Assembly (NCBI RefSeq): GCF_009914755.1
Contig: NC_060929.1
Length of the DNA: 64,000 bases
Strand: one strand, 5' to 3'
Source of the DNA: the human T2T-CHM13v2.0 reference genome, Homo sapiens
Position 1 is the stretch's first letter. Each line of letters starts with the position of its first letter. The translations under genes and the position numbers were made by a program. Positions 1 through 14,999 of this stretch are shown one piece after another. The notes below the pieces were generated by a model that saw only the letters and a list, made by a program, of their open reading frames with translations, did not search any database and had not been told where the DNA came from.

Positions 1-195
1 AAGGAAAATAACCAAGGGTTCACCATTACTTGGCTTCAAAAATTTAGAAAACAACCATTAAATTCCAGAACTGCCTTTTTGGCTGCTCCATCATTGTGCT
101 TTCCTCTGTCCTGAGATTCCCAAACACATGAGCTCAGTCCTCTGGAGTTTATAATCAATTGTGGCTACAAAATACATGGTTTAATATTCCTTTGA

Positions 196-487
196 GGCTG
201 GGTGTGGTGGCTCACGCCTGTAATCCCAGCACTTTGGGAGGTCAAGGCCGGTGGATCACGAGGTCAAGAAATTGAGACAATGCTGGCAAACAGGGTGAAA
301 CCCGGCCTCTACTAAAAATACAAAAATTAGCCAGGCTTGGTGGCGGGCACCTGTAGTCCCAACTACTCGGGAGGCCGATGCAGGAGAATCACTTGAACCC
401 GGGAGGCAGTGTTGCAGTGAGCCGAGATTGTGCCACTGCACTCCAGCCTGGAGACAGAGTGAGACTCCGTTTCAAAAAAAAAAAAAA
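196..487 (+). mobile_element. Alu, AluS (AluSc-like), full length
   Basis: GGCTGGGTGTGGTGGCTCACGCCTGTAATCCCAGC start, dimer with central TACTAAAAATACAAAAATTAG, GATCACGAGGTCAAG diagnostic, poly-A tail. Confidence 0.95.
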
Positions 488-523
488 TCTGTTTGAATTT
501 TAATGTTTTATTCTGGCCTCCTC

Positions 524-663
524 CTCATGCCTTCTCAAACAGTTTTACCATTGTAATATAAAACAATGGAATTAAACATGTAAATATTGTCAGCTCATGC
601 CTTCTCAAATAGTTTTATCATTGTAATATAAAACAATGGAATTAAACATATAAATATTGGCAG
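524..663. repeat. Tandem duplication, 2 x 70 bp
   Basis: 524-593 and 594-663 (CTCATGCCTTCTCAAA...TAAATATTG(T/G)CAG) differ at only 4 positions. Confidence 0.95.
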
Positions 664-1504
664 TTTACAAGTGTACAAGTTTGGTTTTTTTCTGAGCTAA
701 AGTAAAATAGTATTAAGTTTAAAACTTGGAAGAACCACTAGATTTAGTCCAAATCTCCAAGAAATGAATTCCCATGCAGTATATTTTATTTTAAACGCCT
801 CATTTCAAAATTGTAGACCATGACATCTTGTAATACATTAATTTGGAATATGTCAATTTCTTGATCTAGTTTAGAAATTAAAAAAAAAAAACTCACAGGT
901 AACCATTTACTAAAAAAAAATGAAAAGAAAGAAAATAAAAAAAGAAAAAGTAGAGTTTATGTGAACATGCAGATTTTGAAAGGGTTGATATTCTGTATTT
1001 TCAATCAATTGCTATAATGTTAAAGGTATTTCCCAGTTAATATACTATTTTATTAATATTTGCATTATTTTTCAGTATTTATCAAACAAAACAAAAACAC
1101 AACTAAACTGAAAGCTACAACCTGGCAAATATTGAGAGGGGTTTAAGATTATTATGTCAGTTTCAAAATATCTCTTAAAAGGGCAAAATCATATACTGTA
1201 TACCATTAGACTTTGGGTGTTTATCAGGTTTTAGTGAATAAGACTGCCAGTTACAAAGCAAGGCATGGTTATTTGCTCCTTAATGTAACTTTAAAATCTC
1301 AAAATTTCTTGAAATGTCTTATAATTACAGTATATCTAATACATATTTTAAATTTTCTTCTATATTCCTGAAAGTGATATTAAAAATTAAGAAGCGTTAA
1401 TTTTAAAGGGGTACTCAAGACCTAATAAAAATACATTGAAATAATTTAAAAACCAAGAGAGGAAATTACTTATTTAGATTAAAACTCAAGTGCTCCCACA
1501 GCTT

Positions 1505-3200
1505 ACATCGTACTCAATAGTGAACAAATGAAAGCTTTTCTACTGAGATCAGGAACATGACAAAGATGCCTGCTTTTGCCACTTCTATTCAACGTAATAG
1601 TGGAAGTCCAAGCCAAAGCAATTAGGCAAGACAAAGAAATAAATGGCCTCCAAATTGGAAAGGAAGAAGTAAAATTATCTCTGTTCACAGACAACATGAT
1701 CTTATATGCAGAAAGTTTCCACACGCACACAACTGTTAAAATTAATAAATTTGGCCAAGTTTCAGGATACAAAATCAGCACCAAAAAAATCAGTTGCATT
1801 TCTGTACCCAAATATGGAATAATTTCAAAAAGAACTTAAGAAATCAATTTAATTTTGAATAGCATCAAAAATAGTGAACTGCTGGGAAATAAACTTAACT
1901 AAGTGTGCAAAATACTTTTATACAGAAAACTATAAATTGTTACTAAAAAAATTAAAGACACCAATCAATGGAAAGACAGTGCTCCAGCTTCATGGGTTGG
2001 AAGACACAATATTCTTAAGATGTAAATACTATGCAAAGCAATCTACAGATATAATGCAATATCTATCAAAATTCTAGCAAAGTATTTTGCATAAATAGAA
2101 AAATTCACTCCAAAATTCTTATGGAAATTCAAAGAACCCCACATAGCCAAAGAAAAACTGAAAGAACAAAGTTGAAGGTCTAACACTTCCTGATATCAAA
2201 ATTTAACTTAAAGCTACAATATTTATAAAAGTATGGTATTGACATAAAAGAAGATATATAGACCAGCCAAATAAAATAGAGAGCCCAGAAGTAAACCTTT
2301 ATATAAATAGTCAAATGAATTTTGACAACAGTGCCATGCCAATAGTATTCAATAGGGAAATGACAGTCTGTTCAAAAAATGGCATTGGAAAAACTGGATA
2401 TCCACATGAAAAAGAGTAAGTTGGACCTTACCTTACGTCCTATGCAAAAATCAACTCAAAGTTGATCAAAGACCTAAATGTAAGGGGTAAAGCTATAAAA
2501 AGTTTTATAAGAAAACACACAAGAAAATCTTTTTGACATTGAATTCAGCAATAATTTTTTTGGATATGATACCAACAGCATATGTAGCAAAGAAAGAAAT
2601 AGATATATCATACTACATCAAAATGAAAAATCTTGTATTTTCAAAGGACAAATCAACCTACTAAATAAAGTTTCATAGTAAATATATGAGATATTTGTAA
2701 ATCATATATTTGATGAATATATAAAACATATAAATAACTACATGACAAAAAACTTTACTAAAAATATGCAAAAGACTTGAATAAACATTTCTTCAAAGAA
2801 GATGTACAAACGGCCACTAAGCACATGAAAAGATGCTCAACATCTCTAATCATTAATGAAATGCAAATTAAAACCACAATGAGATATCACCTCATACCCA
2901 TTAGAATGGCTACTATCAAAATAAACAAGGAAACAAACAAACAAAATGAGAAATGTTGGTGAGATGTAGAGAAATTGGAACCCTTGTGCGTTGTTGGTAG
3001 GAATGTAAAATTATGCAGCTGCTATGAAAAACAGTAGGATAGTTCTTAAATAAAAATTTAAAAATTACCATATGACTCAGCAACTCAACTTCTGGGTATA
3101 TACAAAATAATTAAGAGCAAAAACTCAGACAGCTATTTGTTACACCCATGTTCATAGAAGCATTATTCACAAAGAGTCAAGCAGTAGAGGCAACCAAACT
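1505..3200 (+). mobile_element. L1 (L1MA/L1MB-age) ORF2 RT and C-terminal fragment, decayed
   Basis: ORF 1576-1839 reads [43 protein letters not shown] (L1 RT, FADD motif mutated); 2777-2962 [24 protein letters not shown] is the L1 ORF2 C-terminus; many stops and frameshifts. Confidence 0.93.
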
Positions 3201-3302
3201 GTTGATTTTGGGGTATTTTGAAGCTACAGTAATCAAAAAAATTATGATAATGAAATAAGAAAAGACATGAAGATTATTAAAACAAAATGGAAAGTCTCAA
3301 AA

Positions 3303-3501
3303 TACATATATATAATATGTGTGTGTATATATGCATCATGTGTGTATAATATATAACACATATAAATAATATATACATTTATGTGTATATACACATATAC
3401 ACATAGATATGTGTAATATATATGTGCATATTAGTATATACATATATGTATATACATATATGGGTGTGTGTGTATATATAGAGAGAGAGTGAGAGAGAGA
3501 G
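3303..3501. repeat. (TA/TG/CA)n low-complexity tract followed by (GA)n
   Basis: direct inspection. Confidence 0.85.
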
Positions 3502-3600
3502 ATATTCAACTGGTTTTTGAAAAAGGGCTAGGTAAACAGTTCACTTTGGGAAATAATGGCCTTTTCAACAAATGATAGTGAACAATTGGCTATCCAAATG

Positions 3601-3621
3601 CTATCTATCTATCTATCTATC

Positions 3622-3661
<40 letters not shown>

Positions 3662-3680
3662 AAGTGAGAGAGAGAGAGAG
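3601..3680. repeat. Compound microsatellite (CTAT)n(AT)n(AG)n
   Basis: direct inspection. Confidence 0.9.
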
Positions 3681-3735
3681 AAACTGAATTTTATCACAAA
3701 CCACGTACAAAAATTAATTCAAAACGTAATGTCGC

Positions 3736-4064
<329 letters not shown>

Positions 4065-6639
4065 CTAGAAGAAAACAGAGGAAAAAAGTCTTAATCATCT
4101 TGGGTTAAGAAGAGATTTCTTAGGTTAAAAAAAAGTAGCATGAAATACAAAAAAAAAAAATTAAAATAAATTGGAATTCAAACTGAAAACATTCTTGTAC
4201 TTTTAATAAACTTTCAGAAATAAATAATACAAGCTATTAACTGGAAGAAAGTATGTGCACAACATAAATCTAAAAAAGGACACGTATCCAGATATAAGAG
4301 CATTTGCAACTCAATATTAAGATGACAATCACCCGGATAAATACACGAACAAAATATTTGAATAGACAACTCTTGTAAAAAGATGTACACATGAGAAATA
4401 TGCGCATACACAGATGCTCAACATCATTAGTCACTAGGGACAGACTAATTAAAAGCTACACACAGATGTTACTACACACACTAATGATAAAATTAAAAAG
4501 ACTGACAATACTAAATGATATTAACACTAAATAAGGTCATGAAGCAACTGGAGATATTGCACATTGGTGGTGGGAACTAAAATGATACACCTATTTAAAA
4601 AATACTTCAGCGTTTTAAAAATAAATTTTAATTTATACCTATGCTAAATGCAGCAATCCTATATCTTTCTGTTTATCCAAGAGAAATGAAATATTTTTCA
4701 ACATGAAGACTTGTACTGAGATATCCATAGCAGTTTTATTCATAAGACTCCAAAGTAAAAACACAATAGAAATAATTCAAATGCCAAAGAAAGAATTTCT
4801 TTAAAAATATGGGCTGCTCATAACATGAAATACTATTTTGCAATTAAAAAAAAAAACAAGCTATGTATACACATAAATACTTGAATCAGTCTTAGAGTTA
4901 TTATACTAAGTGCAATAAACTAGCTAAAATTATTATAAAATTTTAAATTATATTTGTATGCAATTCCAGATAAGGCAAAATGAAAGAGCAGAATAGTATT
5001 TTTCAGATGTTAATAGTTGGAGCAGGGGTTTCACTGAAAGGGGGCATAAAAGGGACTTTTTGGCAAGGTGGAAGTGTTCTATATCATGATTATGGTGGTG
5101 GTTATACTACTTTATACATTTGTCAAAGCTCATTAAATTGGTAAATATAACTGTAAAATTTAAATTAAGAAACCTTACTAAATAAAATAAATATCATAAC
5201 AAAAGTGGAATAATCAGAAGTCAAAGTAGGAAACAGATAACAGAAATTGGTCTGAGATTGTTTTCCCAACACATTGTTTTGAAGCACAACCACCCTATTA
5301 CATTATCATTTTAATTGCTATAACACATTTTGTACTTAAAAAAGGATGTTCAGAGAATTGTACTGATGCCATAAAGCCCTATTCTACAGAGTAAAAATTT
5401 GAAAAAATGTTAATAAAATTAAAGATTTTTAAAAATCAACAAAAAAATCACAAAGAGGCTGCAATTTATTTAATTTGGAAAACTGAGTTTTGTTGTTTAA
5501 AAAAGAAAGAAAGAAAAATTAGCCGAAACATCTTACTATTAGTTTATGTCAATTTTAACTAAAATAAATATAAATAGTAGCAAAACGGAAATAAGAGTTT
5601 AAGAAATATTGCCTGTATTATTATAAAGTTTAAACAGCCAGAATTAAAGCATGGATTTACTGTATATGCCTCCCAAACACTAAAGTATTCCAATCTTGTT
5701 ATTTAAAAAAGTCCAATCCAAGACAAGAAATAATGACTTTTCTGTGACTTTCTTCAGTTTTCCCAGTGCTCTCGGAACTACTTAATCATTAGGTGTAAAA
5801 TATAGTATCACAATCTTTGAATGCCTGGGATACATTTGGCTAAGTGGTATTTGATTACAATGCTACAGTTTCTAAGGAAGTTGTAAAAGTTTTTGTAAAA
5901 GCTGCCTTCCATAAGATTAAATGTGTTGTACGATGCTGTCATGAGAATCTTAATATTCCCTGCAGTAGATGTCTCATCATTGATCTAAGCAAAGTCTTAG
6001 AACATGATAATAAGGTCTCCTTATTTTCATAGCTTGAATAAACTCAGAGTCACCATCCAGGAAAGTCCCCCTTGTATTGCCAAACTTTTTATTCACTCCT
6101 ACTATTTATTGGTACTACTTTCTGAGAGAAGGCTTCATTAGCATTTATATTGCTGTGATTTTTTAATCAACATTTAAAATGGCTATCTATCTAGGCCTTT
6201 TAGTAAGAGAACTATATAAGACAAATAAGACAAGCATACTGGTTTAACACATATGCCATTAAAGAAGAAAAAAATTGATAACGCAGTAAAAGAAGACTGA
6301 GGGAGTGGCTAGAACTTCACGGCTCAAGTCTATTATTTATTTTTTTAAAAGGGTAGGATTTAGTTAGAAAACATAAATTTTCAATTTTGCTGGTTTCTCC
6401 ATTCTCTTTTTTTAATATTGTGAGGGAAATAGTGTGAACCCTCATATAAAATGAGAATACTAAACAATATGGTGAGAAACAAATAAATATTAAATAAACT
6501 TGAGGTGTGAAAAAATGAATAAAATTTGATCAGTAACTAGAAGAAACTTTTAATTTTTTGAAGTAATGAAGTAAGCAAACAAAAAAAATTCTACAAGTCA
6601 GCAGAATGTTATAATAAACGTATGAGAAAATTAGAAGAG

Positions 6640-6830
6640 TGTAACAGGGACATAAAAGAATAAGATGGTGCCTCTGAATAGGGTTAGTGAAGGGGTGAGT
6701 CGAAAATATGAAAGAAAGCTTCCTAGGTACAGTACATTTGAACCTGGCTTTTAAAGAAATGCCACATATCTGGAGTGATGAGAAAGAACATTGACTAGAA
6801 TTCTGTCTGTGCAAGAGAGGATGCTTGTGG
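6640..6830 (-). mobile_element. L2 fragment (probable)
   Basis: GAAAGAAAGCTTCCTAGGTACAGTACATTTGAACCTGGCTTTTAAAGAA resembles antisense L2 3' region. Confidence 0.45.
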
Positions 6831-9800
6831 TGTGAACTGAAGGAACCCAGAAACTCAGGTTACAGACATCCCCCCTTGTTCATTTTTTAAGAACCCCTCA
6901 GACTCTTTACATAAGGCCCTCTTAAGTGTATTTATTAAGGCATTATTTATAGCTCACTTTAATCATTTGTAATTATTGAAGAATATTAGAAATATTAGTT
7001 GAGGCAAATTTGAAATATACAGAAAAGAGAAAAGAAAAAACAACCCCCCCTGCCCCCAGTAACTCCACTGACAGCTGCTGTTACATTTGATCTATTTTCT
7101 TTATGGCTTTTTTCTACACATTTATTTTTACAGGTGTAATTTTTATGCTTTACTTTTTCTTTGATAGCATATCACATATATTTTCCCATCAAGAAGTCCA
7201 AATAACAGGAAACATTTGATCAAAATTAAGTGCAAACCTTTCCACTTTCTTTTACCTTCAGAATTCAAGAACAAAAGCTTATTTTCTATGGATGAGAAGG
7301 AAGAAACAAGCAAGCAATACAGGTCTTTGGAAGTTGAATTTATCTGTTCTATGCTTTTAATTCACAGTATGTCTTGCCTGTGTATAGACAGAACTACTTT
7401 GACATGAATATATATTTCAAAACAATTATTATAAAAATTTATCAAAATTATACAACTTTATTACCCACAGGCATAGTTTCCCTTCAGGAGAGCAGTGTAG
7501 GAGTAAAAGCATCTTTGTTTCACCACAAATGGGTGGTCAGATTACCAGAAGTATCCTTATAATAACTATGATGCATTTTTATTAAATACACAGTTGTTTC
7601 CATGAATGCTTCACGTGACAAAACCATGAAAATACAGAAGAGTATTAAAATTCCAGAGGTAAAAAACTTGGAGCCTAACTCACAACACCTTCCAGATGCC
7701 ATTGCCTTGGCATTAGCTTGTGGAACTGTAGGCTTATTTGGGAACTCGCTGTAGAGTCCCTATATTAACAGAAGAGAAGCTGAGGCCCAGAAAGAAGAAT
7801 TTGTCCTAAAAAGCTGGTTTTCTTCATCTCTCATCCAGCAATGTGTACACTCCCCTATGAGTGGCATAGTCTCTAACAGTTCACTGTGGAAACCATAGTT
7901 CATTGAAGCAGGGTAAGAATGCAGAGGAAGCTGGGAAACAGAGTCATGGAGAACAGCTCAGAATTATTAACTTTATATTAAACAGAAATTATTCATATCC
8001 TTACCCCCAACCCCAGCAATCTCCATTATTTGTAGCAATACTCTCAAAGAGTTTATATTTCACCCCAAGTATTCAATAATTAGTATTGACTGCTTAGAAT
8101 ATTATGCCATGGAGGTTCTGAAACAGTGCCATGAATGCATAGCTAAATTCAGCCTGAGAAGAGGAGGAAGAAATATAGGTAGTTGCTATATCTAACTTAG
8201 ATGCAATTTGAAGAAGATCAAAATAACTTCCTATAATATTAGCACATACATGAAATTAATGTAACGGTCTCCTGAGGACTAATGTCTTAGCCATCAACAA
8301 AAGTACTGGTGGTGAATATATTGCAGTTGTTTGGGTAACAAATGTATGTGCATTCAATGATGATACCAAGAAAAGTGTGGGTGTTACATGCTCAGAGACT
8401 GTAGTGGGATAAGTTATTCAGTTTTTTTTTTTTTTTTAAAGCTCTAACATGTTGTTAAGACTTTGCATAAATTCAGTGTTAACTTAGATTCAATGAATGC
8501 ACAAAAGTAAAGAATGGAATATGAAAATATGGTTTGTCAGGTTGTCCAAGTCCCTCAAGACAGACTTCATATTTTTTGTTTCAGTGACTGGTTTTATAGT
8601 AACCTGGGCATAATGTAAATGTCATAATAAGAAGAGAGGTTTGGAGTAACCATTCATGAGTTGGATATTGTAAATAGCACGCTTTGTTTCAAGAGGTTTA
8701 AAATATGTAGCTAGCTAGTTACTTCTTGAGTATAGGTAATAGCCCTACATCATTTTTATATAAAATGAATGTATGAATAATGCTAGAGTTAGCTATAACT
8801 TTTGAGTTATTTTCCATTTCTGATTATGTATTTGTCTTAGATCAGTCACATTAATTATTTTCATTTCCTTTTGTTTATATCTCTTTTGACTTGTTTGTCT
8901 TTATTTTACATCTAAAATAGAAATATTTCCTCTTAAATCATCATAATAAAAACTCATTATAAAACATAATTTCAAAAGAAGCAAAAGTCACTTTGGTAGC
9001 TAAAACAGACTGTTCCAATAAGCCCTCCTTAACCCTGAGACCCATTTCTAATAATTATGTAGCTATATTTGTAACGTCTTTTTAAGTTAAAAATTGAAAG
9101 TATATTTCCTGAGGAAGCATAGAAAACAAAAAAACCAGAATTATTCTACAATGGCCAATTTCTTTAATATCTTCTTTTTGATACAGATTCCAACAAGCTA
9201 CCTTGCTTCTTTTGGATACTACTTCATAATAGGTGTTACCACTGCAGTATGCTACTAGTTTTAATAGTGTCCCTAATCTATTCCATATTTTCCAAAGATT
9301 CCTAAAATGCTTCCAATGTGAATGTGAGGATTAGCATAATATTAGTATTTTTGTTTTATTTCCTCAAGATGAAATAAAATCTCTATACCTCACAGCTGGC
9401 TCAGCTCTCTAGATAAATGGCTCTTTCTTGCCTGCCAACTTGTGTATACTCATTAAGCTAAGAATGTGGAGCCAATTTAACCTACAAAAAAGAAAAAGGT
9501 AAATGAAGAAGAAAAAAGAGAAAAGTATGCCATGGATGAGGGACAAAAATGCTGTCTTTGGCAGACAAAGGAGTAAATGGAGCTCAGCTGCTAGAACAAA
9601 AGTTATCATTCAAAGTGAAATTACTGAATCTTAACCCTGAGCACACTTTGATGAAGACTATAGCTCCCTAAATTAAGAAAAGGAAAAGCACGTGTAGAGA
9701 AGCAATTACTAATGTCAAGGCTAACCAATGGCATGCATTGGTATATACTTCATCATGAAGAACTGTTTCTTTAAAAAATTAATAAACAGAAGGACATTGG

Positions 9801-12229
9801 GAAGTAGCATAAATTCCATAGAGTATTTAGATTTTTTTGTTGTTGATTTTGTTAATAAAGACATGCCTCTAATAATCTGAGAGGAGGGAAAAGCCCATAA
9901 AAGTTGAAGGTGGTGTTCATTTTATTTAATGATACAATTTTTTTTTCACAGAAATGTGTGAAAAACACAAATATAATATGACCAGAGGACCCAAGCAGCC
10001 CTTGTCAGTTTTAAAATCCTTGATGCATAAGAACTATCTAGCTGCACATTTTTCTCAGTGATATATATATTTTCTTCCAATCTGGTAGAATAGAACGTAA
10101 AAGAGAGAAAGTGAGAAAGAGACAGAAAGATCCATTTAAAGGAAATCTAAAACAATATATATCTAAAATCTGTCATTTTTACTTGGGGACTTGTAGAGTC
10201 ACTGATTAAGGAAAAATAGTAGATTAAATAACAAAAAAATCTAATTTTGCCTTAATTTTAAATTTGACAATAGGGGGAGTAAAGGGAGTGGTAATTTTTG
10301 TTTCCAGTGTCACTGCTCCTCTTACTTTAGCCCCTTCAGATACTTGACCAGACATCTATTCTTCAGAAGTGTTACAAGTCTCTTAGAAAGTCTCTTTGGA
10401 AAAAATATTTGAGGCTGAATAAGCTATTGTTCTGTAGGAAGAAGCCTGGTGGATGTACAAAGTGAGTGACGATTAGCTGAAAAATTAGCTTTCCCTAGAA
10501 TCACCACTCTGTGTCCCCAAAGATGGGAAGAAATTAACCTAAGTGCCCACACAAAGTGTGCTCAAGCAACTAGTATTTGTTTTGGGAAGAGTTCTTCCGT
10601 GTCTAAGATAAGGATCCTCTCTGTAAGACATTTTAAAGTCCATGATTTATTCCTGACACTTGATACATACAGACATGGACAAAGGAAGGCATAGAGGAAG
10701 CAAAACTTTATTCCGTTTTATTGGGGAGGATGGGAGGAAAGATAAGGGAAATGAAATGTGAGGTATGGGCTTTAGGATTATATAATTTGGATTTCTAACT
10801 AACACGGAAACTGCAACTGGCACGAAAAAAATCAGGAAGGAATAATGTTTGCCTGACTTATGGTTCAAAAGGACATGCTGACTAGTTCAGCCCCCTCCTT
10901 TAGGTTGTAGTGAAATCAAAGTACACTTGAATAAGTTCATAATATAAAAGAGAATGATGTTGTACGGAGGATTGTTGGGATAGAGCGGTGGTCCTCAGAA
11001 GGCAAAAGTTTTGAACAAATTTCTTTGAGACAGAAAGTAAGTTTGAGTACATCAGTGGGGAAAAGAGCAAAGGAGGCTACCACATAGAAATGCTGAGGAA
11101 GCTACTAGAGACACTGGGCTTAGATTCAGTAGCAGCAATGGCAAGAGAATAAGACACAGGCAGGAAAATGGGAAAATAAACAGAACACCTGTGCAAGATG
11201 CCCTGTTCCCTGTGTTCCTGGCTACAGTAACAATCAACCAGCTTTTGCAACAAAAAAGCAAACAAGCAAGCACACAAACAAATCATACTGGTGAATGCCT
11301 CTCAAGATAAACTGAGAGAACTATCCACAGTGTTAGGGCTGGGAGATCTAAGGGTTCTAATGTGGATATTTCTTATACAGGGTAAATCTCTCCTCACAGT
11401 GGCATCTAGGGGCCTCCCAGTAAGTAGCATAGCTCCTGTTCCTTTTTCTGTAAACACAAAACCTAGGATGCAGAGAGTTAAATATACTCTAAATTCACCT
11501 TCCACTGCATTGTCTCTCTTTGCAAGGCCCTACTCTCATTTTCACTCATGCATTTGTTTCTTTTTTTATCCATTATTTTATTCTCTTTTATCCTTGTTTC
11601 TAATTCTTACTTTTCCCATCCATAGAGAACTTATAGAGGTATCTTTGCATCTGCACCTTTGAAAAATGCCTACTGGAATTTCTGTGTGTATGTATTTTTC
11701 ATGTACACGAATACATTTGTTTTGCATATCTCGTCTGTTTTTAAGAAAATTATTCAGAACAATATGTTTAAAATCTATCTTAAACTTCTACCTTAATGTT
11801 TATTGGTATATGGCTGTTTGATTGCTTCTCACTGCTCAATGGCACCCTATAACATGTGTTAAACCTATCGCCAGTGATGGTCTCCTACATTATCTGCAGA
11901 ATCTCATTACCACAAAATAAACACCAAAATGTAAACCTTTTTACACATCAACTTAAATTCCCTTTTGAAATTTTTTCATGAACTTGTTCTGTTTCCATTT
12001 ACAATATAAGAAAACTACCCCACCGGTCAGCGAGGTCAACCCTTCTTCACTCTACTCCCATCTCCACAAGAGCAGCTAGTTCATTTTCCATTCCTGAGGT
12101 AAGCCTAACAGGAAACAAATCTATCTGAAAAGTGGTGGAGGAAATCCACACAAGCCATCTAGAAAAATTAACATAATTTGTCATTCTTCACTACTCTGGC
12201 AGGATCCCATATCCTTAATGATCCACCAA

Positions 12230-13100
12230 GAATCACCACACACCACACATTAAGGAGAAAAATGCATCATGAAGAACAAAGACTACAAAAAAAAACAGCA
12301 ACGAAAAATCCCTTTGATGTTTGATGAAACAAGAAGTTTAAGAAGAAAAGTTTAAATGAAAATGTAAAAAAAATTTCATCACAAAATCTCAGTGTAAGTT
12401 GGAGGAGATGAAGAGGGTGCTGGGCAAAAATACTATTTTAAAAAGAATAATAAATAGACCTTGAAAATTAGAAGTATTACTGTTGAAATAAATTGTATAA
12501 AATCTATAATGTTAAAGAAACATTCAAGAATAGAGCTCAAATAGATAAAGAAACAAAAAAAATTATGAAAGAGGAAAAGAGAGATGATTATGTACCATAT
12601 CAGTTGTTTTGATTTGAAACTAGTAGAAGAACACAAAAATAGAAACTGAAAGGGGATAAATCTTGCAATAAATAGAAGATACTGTAATTGAATAAATAAC
12701 ATATATAAATTTTAGATTGAAAAGAGCTATATAGTATAGAGAAGGATTAAAGAAAAAGTCAGATTTCTAAATATCTGGCTTAACACTTTAAACACTTGAG
12801 ATAAAGCGACAATACAGAAATCATCCGAGCTGTGGAATCTTTTAAAAAAAAGAAGAAGAAGAAAAAAAAAAAAAACTAGCCAACCCACATTCTCCATAAT
12901 ATGAAAGCAAAGCTGGGCATTTTTAGACATACAAGCATTTTTAGATTTAGTTTCCACATATTATATTTGAGATCTACTTGGATTTAAAAGAAAGAGGGAG
13001 AGAACTAAATGAGAAGCATAGGAATATATTGATCGAAAGTCCCAGTTACAGCTGTACATGGACAAGACACACTAAACAACCCAACTGCAATAATATGTTG
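12230..13100 (+). mobile_element. Ancient L1 ORF1-like / HAL1 fragment
   Basis: A-rich decayed ORF1-like segments (CTTGAAAATTAGAAGTATTACTGTTGAAATAAA; TTTTAGATTGAAAAGAGC). Confidence 0.45.
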
Positions 13101-13249
13101 GAGGCCCTGGTAAAAAGATAGTGCAGAGGATCTGTCTTTACTGTTAACCCTTTTAGCCTGACTTCTGTGAAACCGATTTATTTCTATTAAGCTTATTGAC
13201 AGACCCTGTAAGAGTTGAGAAGGACGGATAAGAATTTTGAATTAAATAA

Positions 13250-13420
13250 AAAGGAGAAGAAATATCTAAATTTAGTTCAGTAGCATGAGGTAGAAAGGAA
13301 GGAATCAGAAAAAGAAAGAAAGGAGGAAACAATAAAAAAAGAAATGCAAAAAAAGGAAGGGAGAGAGAGAGTGGGAAGAAAGGAAAGAGGAAAAGAGGGA
13401 AGCAGGCACACAGGCAGGTT
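13250..13420. repeat. Purine-rich low-complexity tract
   Basis: GA-rich sequence by inspection. Confidence 0.7.
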
Positions 13421-13559
13421 AGGAAGTTTTAGAAACTACAATTTTAGCATGGACCAGGAATAAAATGGTGATGCTAAGAAGCTCCTGTTATGTTAAAATG
13501 CACCATTAGAAATAATACAGACTTTTAATCAAATGAGGTATTATACTCATGGAACTTAG

Positions 13560-13930
13560 TGCTCATTGTGTGTACCTGGAATGTTGTGTTATATTCTGGC
13601 ACTGCACTTAAAAAGGCTCCAAACAACAAACTGGAAAATATTCCTCCAGTATTTAAAAGGATAGTAAAGTATCCAGAAAATATATTATAAATGCATTTGT
13701 GAAGATTGGATGGTATGACTCTTGTCTTCAAAGCTTGAATAACCTTCATACAAAGTATTTTCTTTTCTTCTGTGTGGCCACATGAGAAAATAAGACACAG
13801 AGCAATGTGATGAAATTTTAGTGATGCAGATTTGACTTTGCTTGCTTTTCACTGTAAATGGAAAGAAAGAAGAGGAAAGTCTAAGAAGCTCAACTCTGAC
13901 AGTCTGATGAATGTGGTAAGATGGTTAAAG
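13560..13930 (+). mobile_element. L3/CR1 LINE 3' fragment
   Basis: ACCTGGAATGTTGTGTTATATTCTGGCACTGCACTTAAAAAGG...ACAAACTGGA; TGTCTTCAAA; TTCTGTGTGGCC; GCAGATTT are collinear with recalled L3 consensus. Confidence 0.65.
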
Positions 13931-14242
13931 GAAATAAATGAAGAGTGGCAAATTAACTTCAAGAAAGCCCATCAAAAAACGGATGTATTTAATATCCAAT
14001 GCATTACAGGATTATCCGTACTTATATTAATACTTGAATAGTATACAATGTGTTAGTAAATAAACAATTAAGGCAGTATGGAGTTTATGAAAAAGATCTA
14101 TTATGGAAAATATAAGAAAGGACTGAAAGAAGGCATATTTGGCATTTTGGTCAATATTTGCCAAGTACTATATATAATAAATCATAACTATCAATGTGCT
14201 CAAATAGATTTCATCTTTTATATCCGTATGTATTCCAAATAA

Positions 14243-14610
<368 letters not shown>

Positions 14611-14999
14611 GTTTTTTTTTTTTTTCTTTTCATAGCATTCTATTTAAAGACGAAGGAGAAAACAAAATCTATTATATCTTTCAGCAGGCTTATTATTCAC
14701 ACTTTAGATTGTTGAAATCGCTGTTACAGAAGCAAGCAAAGGTTCAGTGAAAAGCATAACAGATATGGTTTCACTGTAAGAAAATAAGTATTTAAATGAT
14801 AAAAAGTTGTATATGTTAGAAAAAATGTTAAACCAAAGAATATAAAATCAACTCTATGATAATTTAAGCAAAACCCTTAGGGTCAAAGAGAAAGTATCTT
14901 GCCTTACATGTTGCCTAACACTGCTTAAATTAATTGCTCAAAATCAAATTGAAGGAAGAAGCACAGAAACAAAGAGGCTAGATTTTCTCCTTTATTAAC

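Noticed and set aside
1576-1839. 87-aa ORF with reverse-transcriptase-like sequence
   Set aside because: Decayed L1 ORF2 fragment: catalytic FADD reads FTDN and it is surrounded by stops and frameshifts; not a gene or retron
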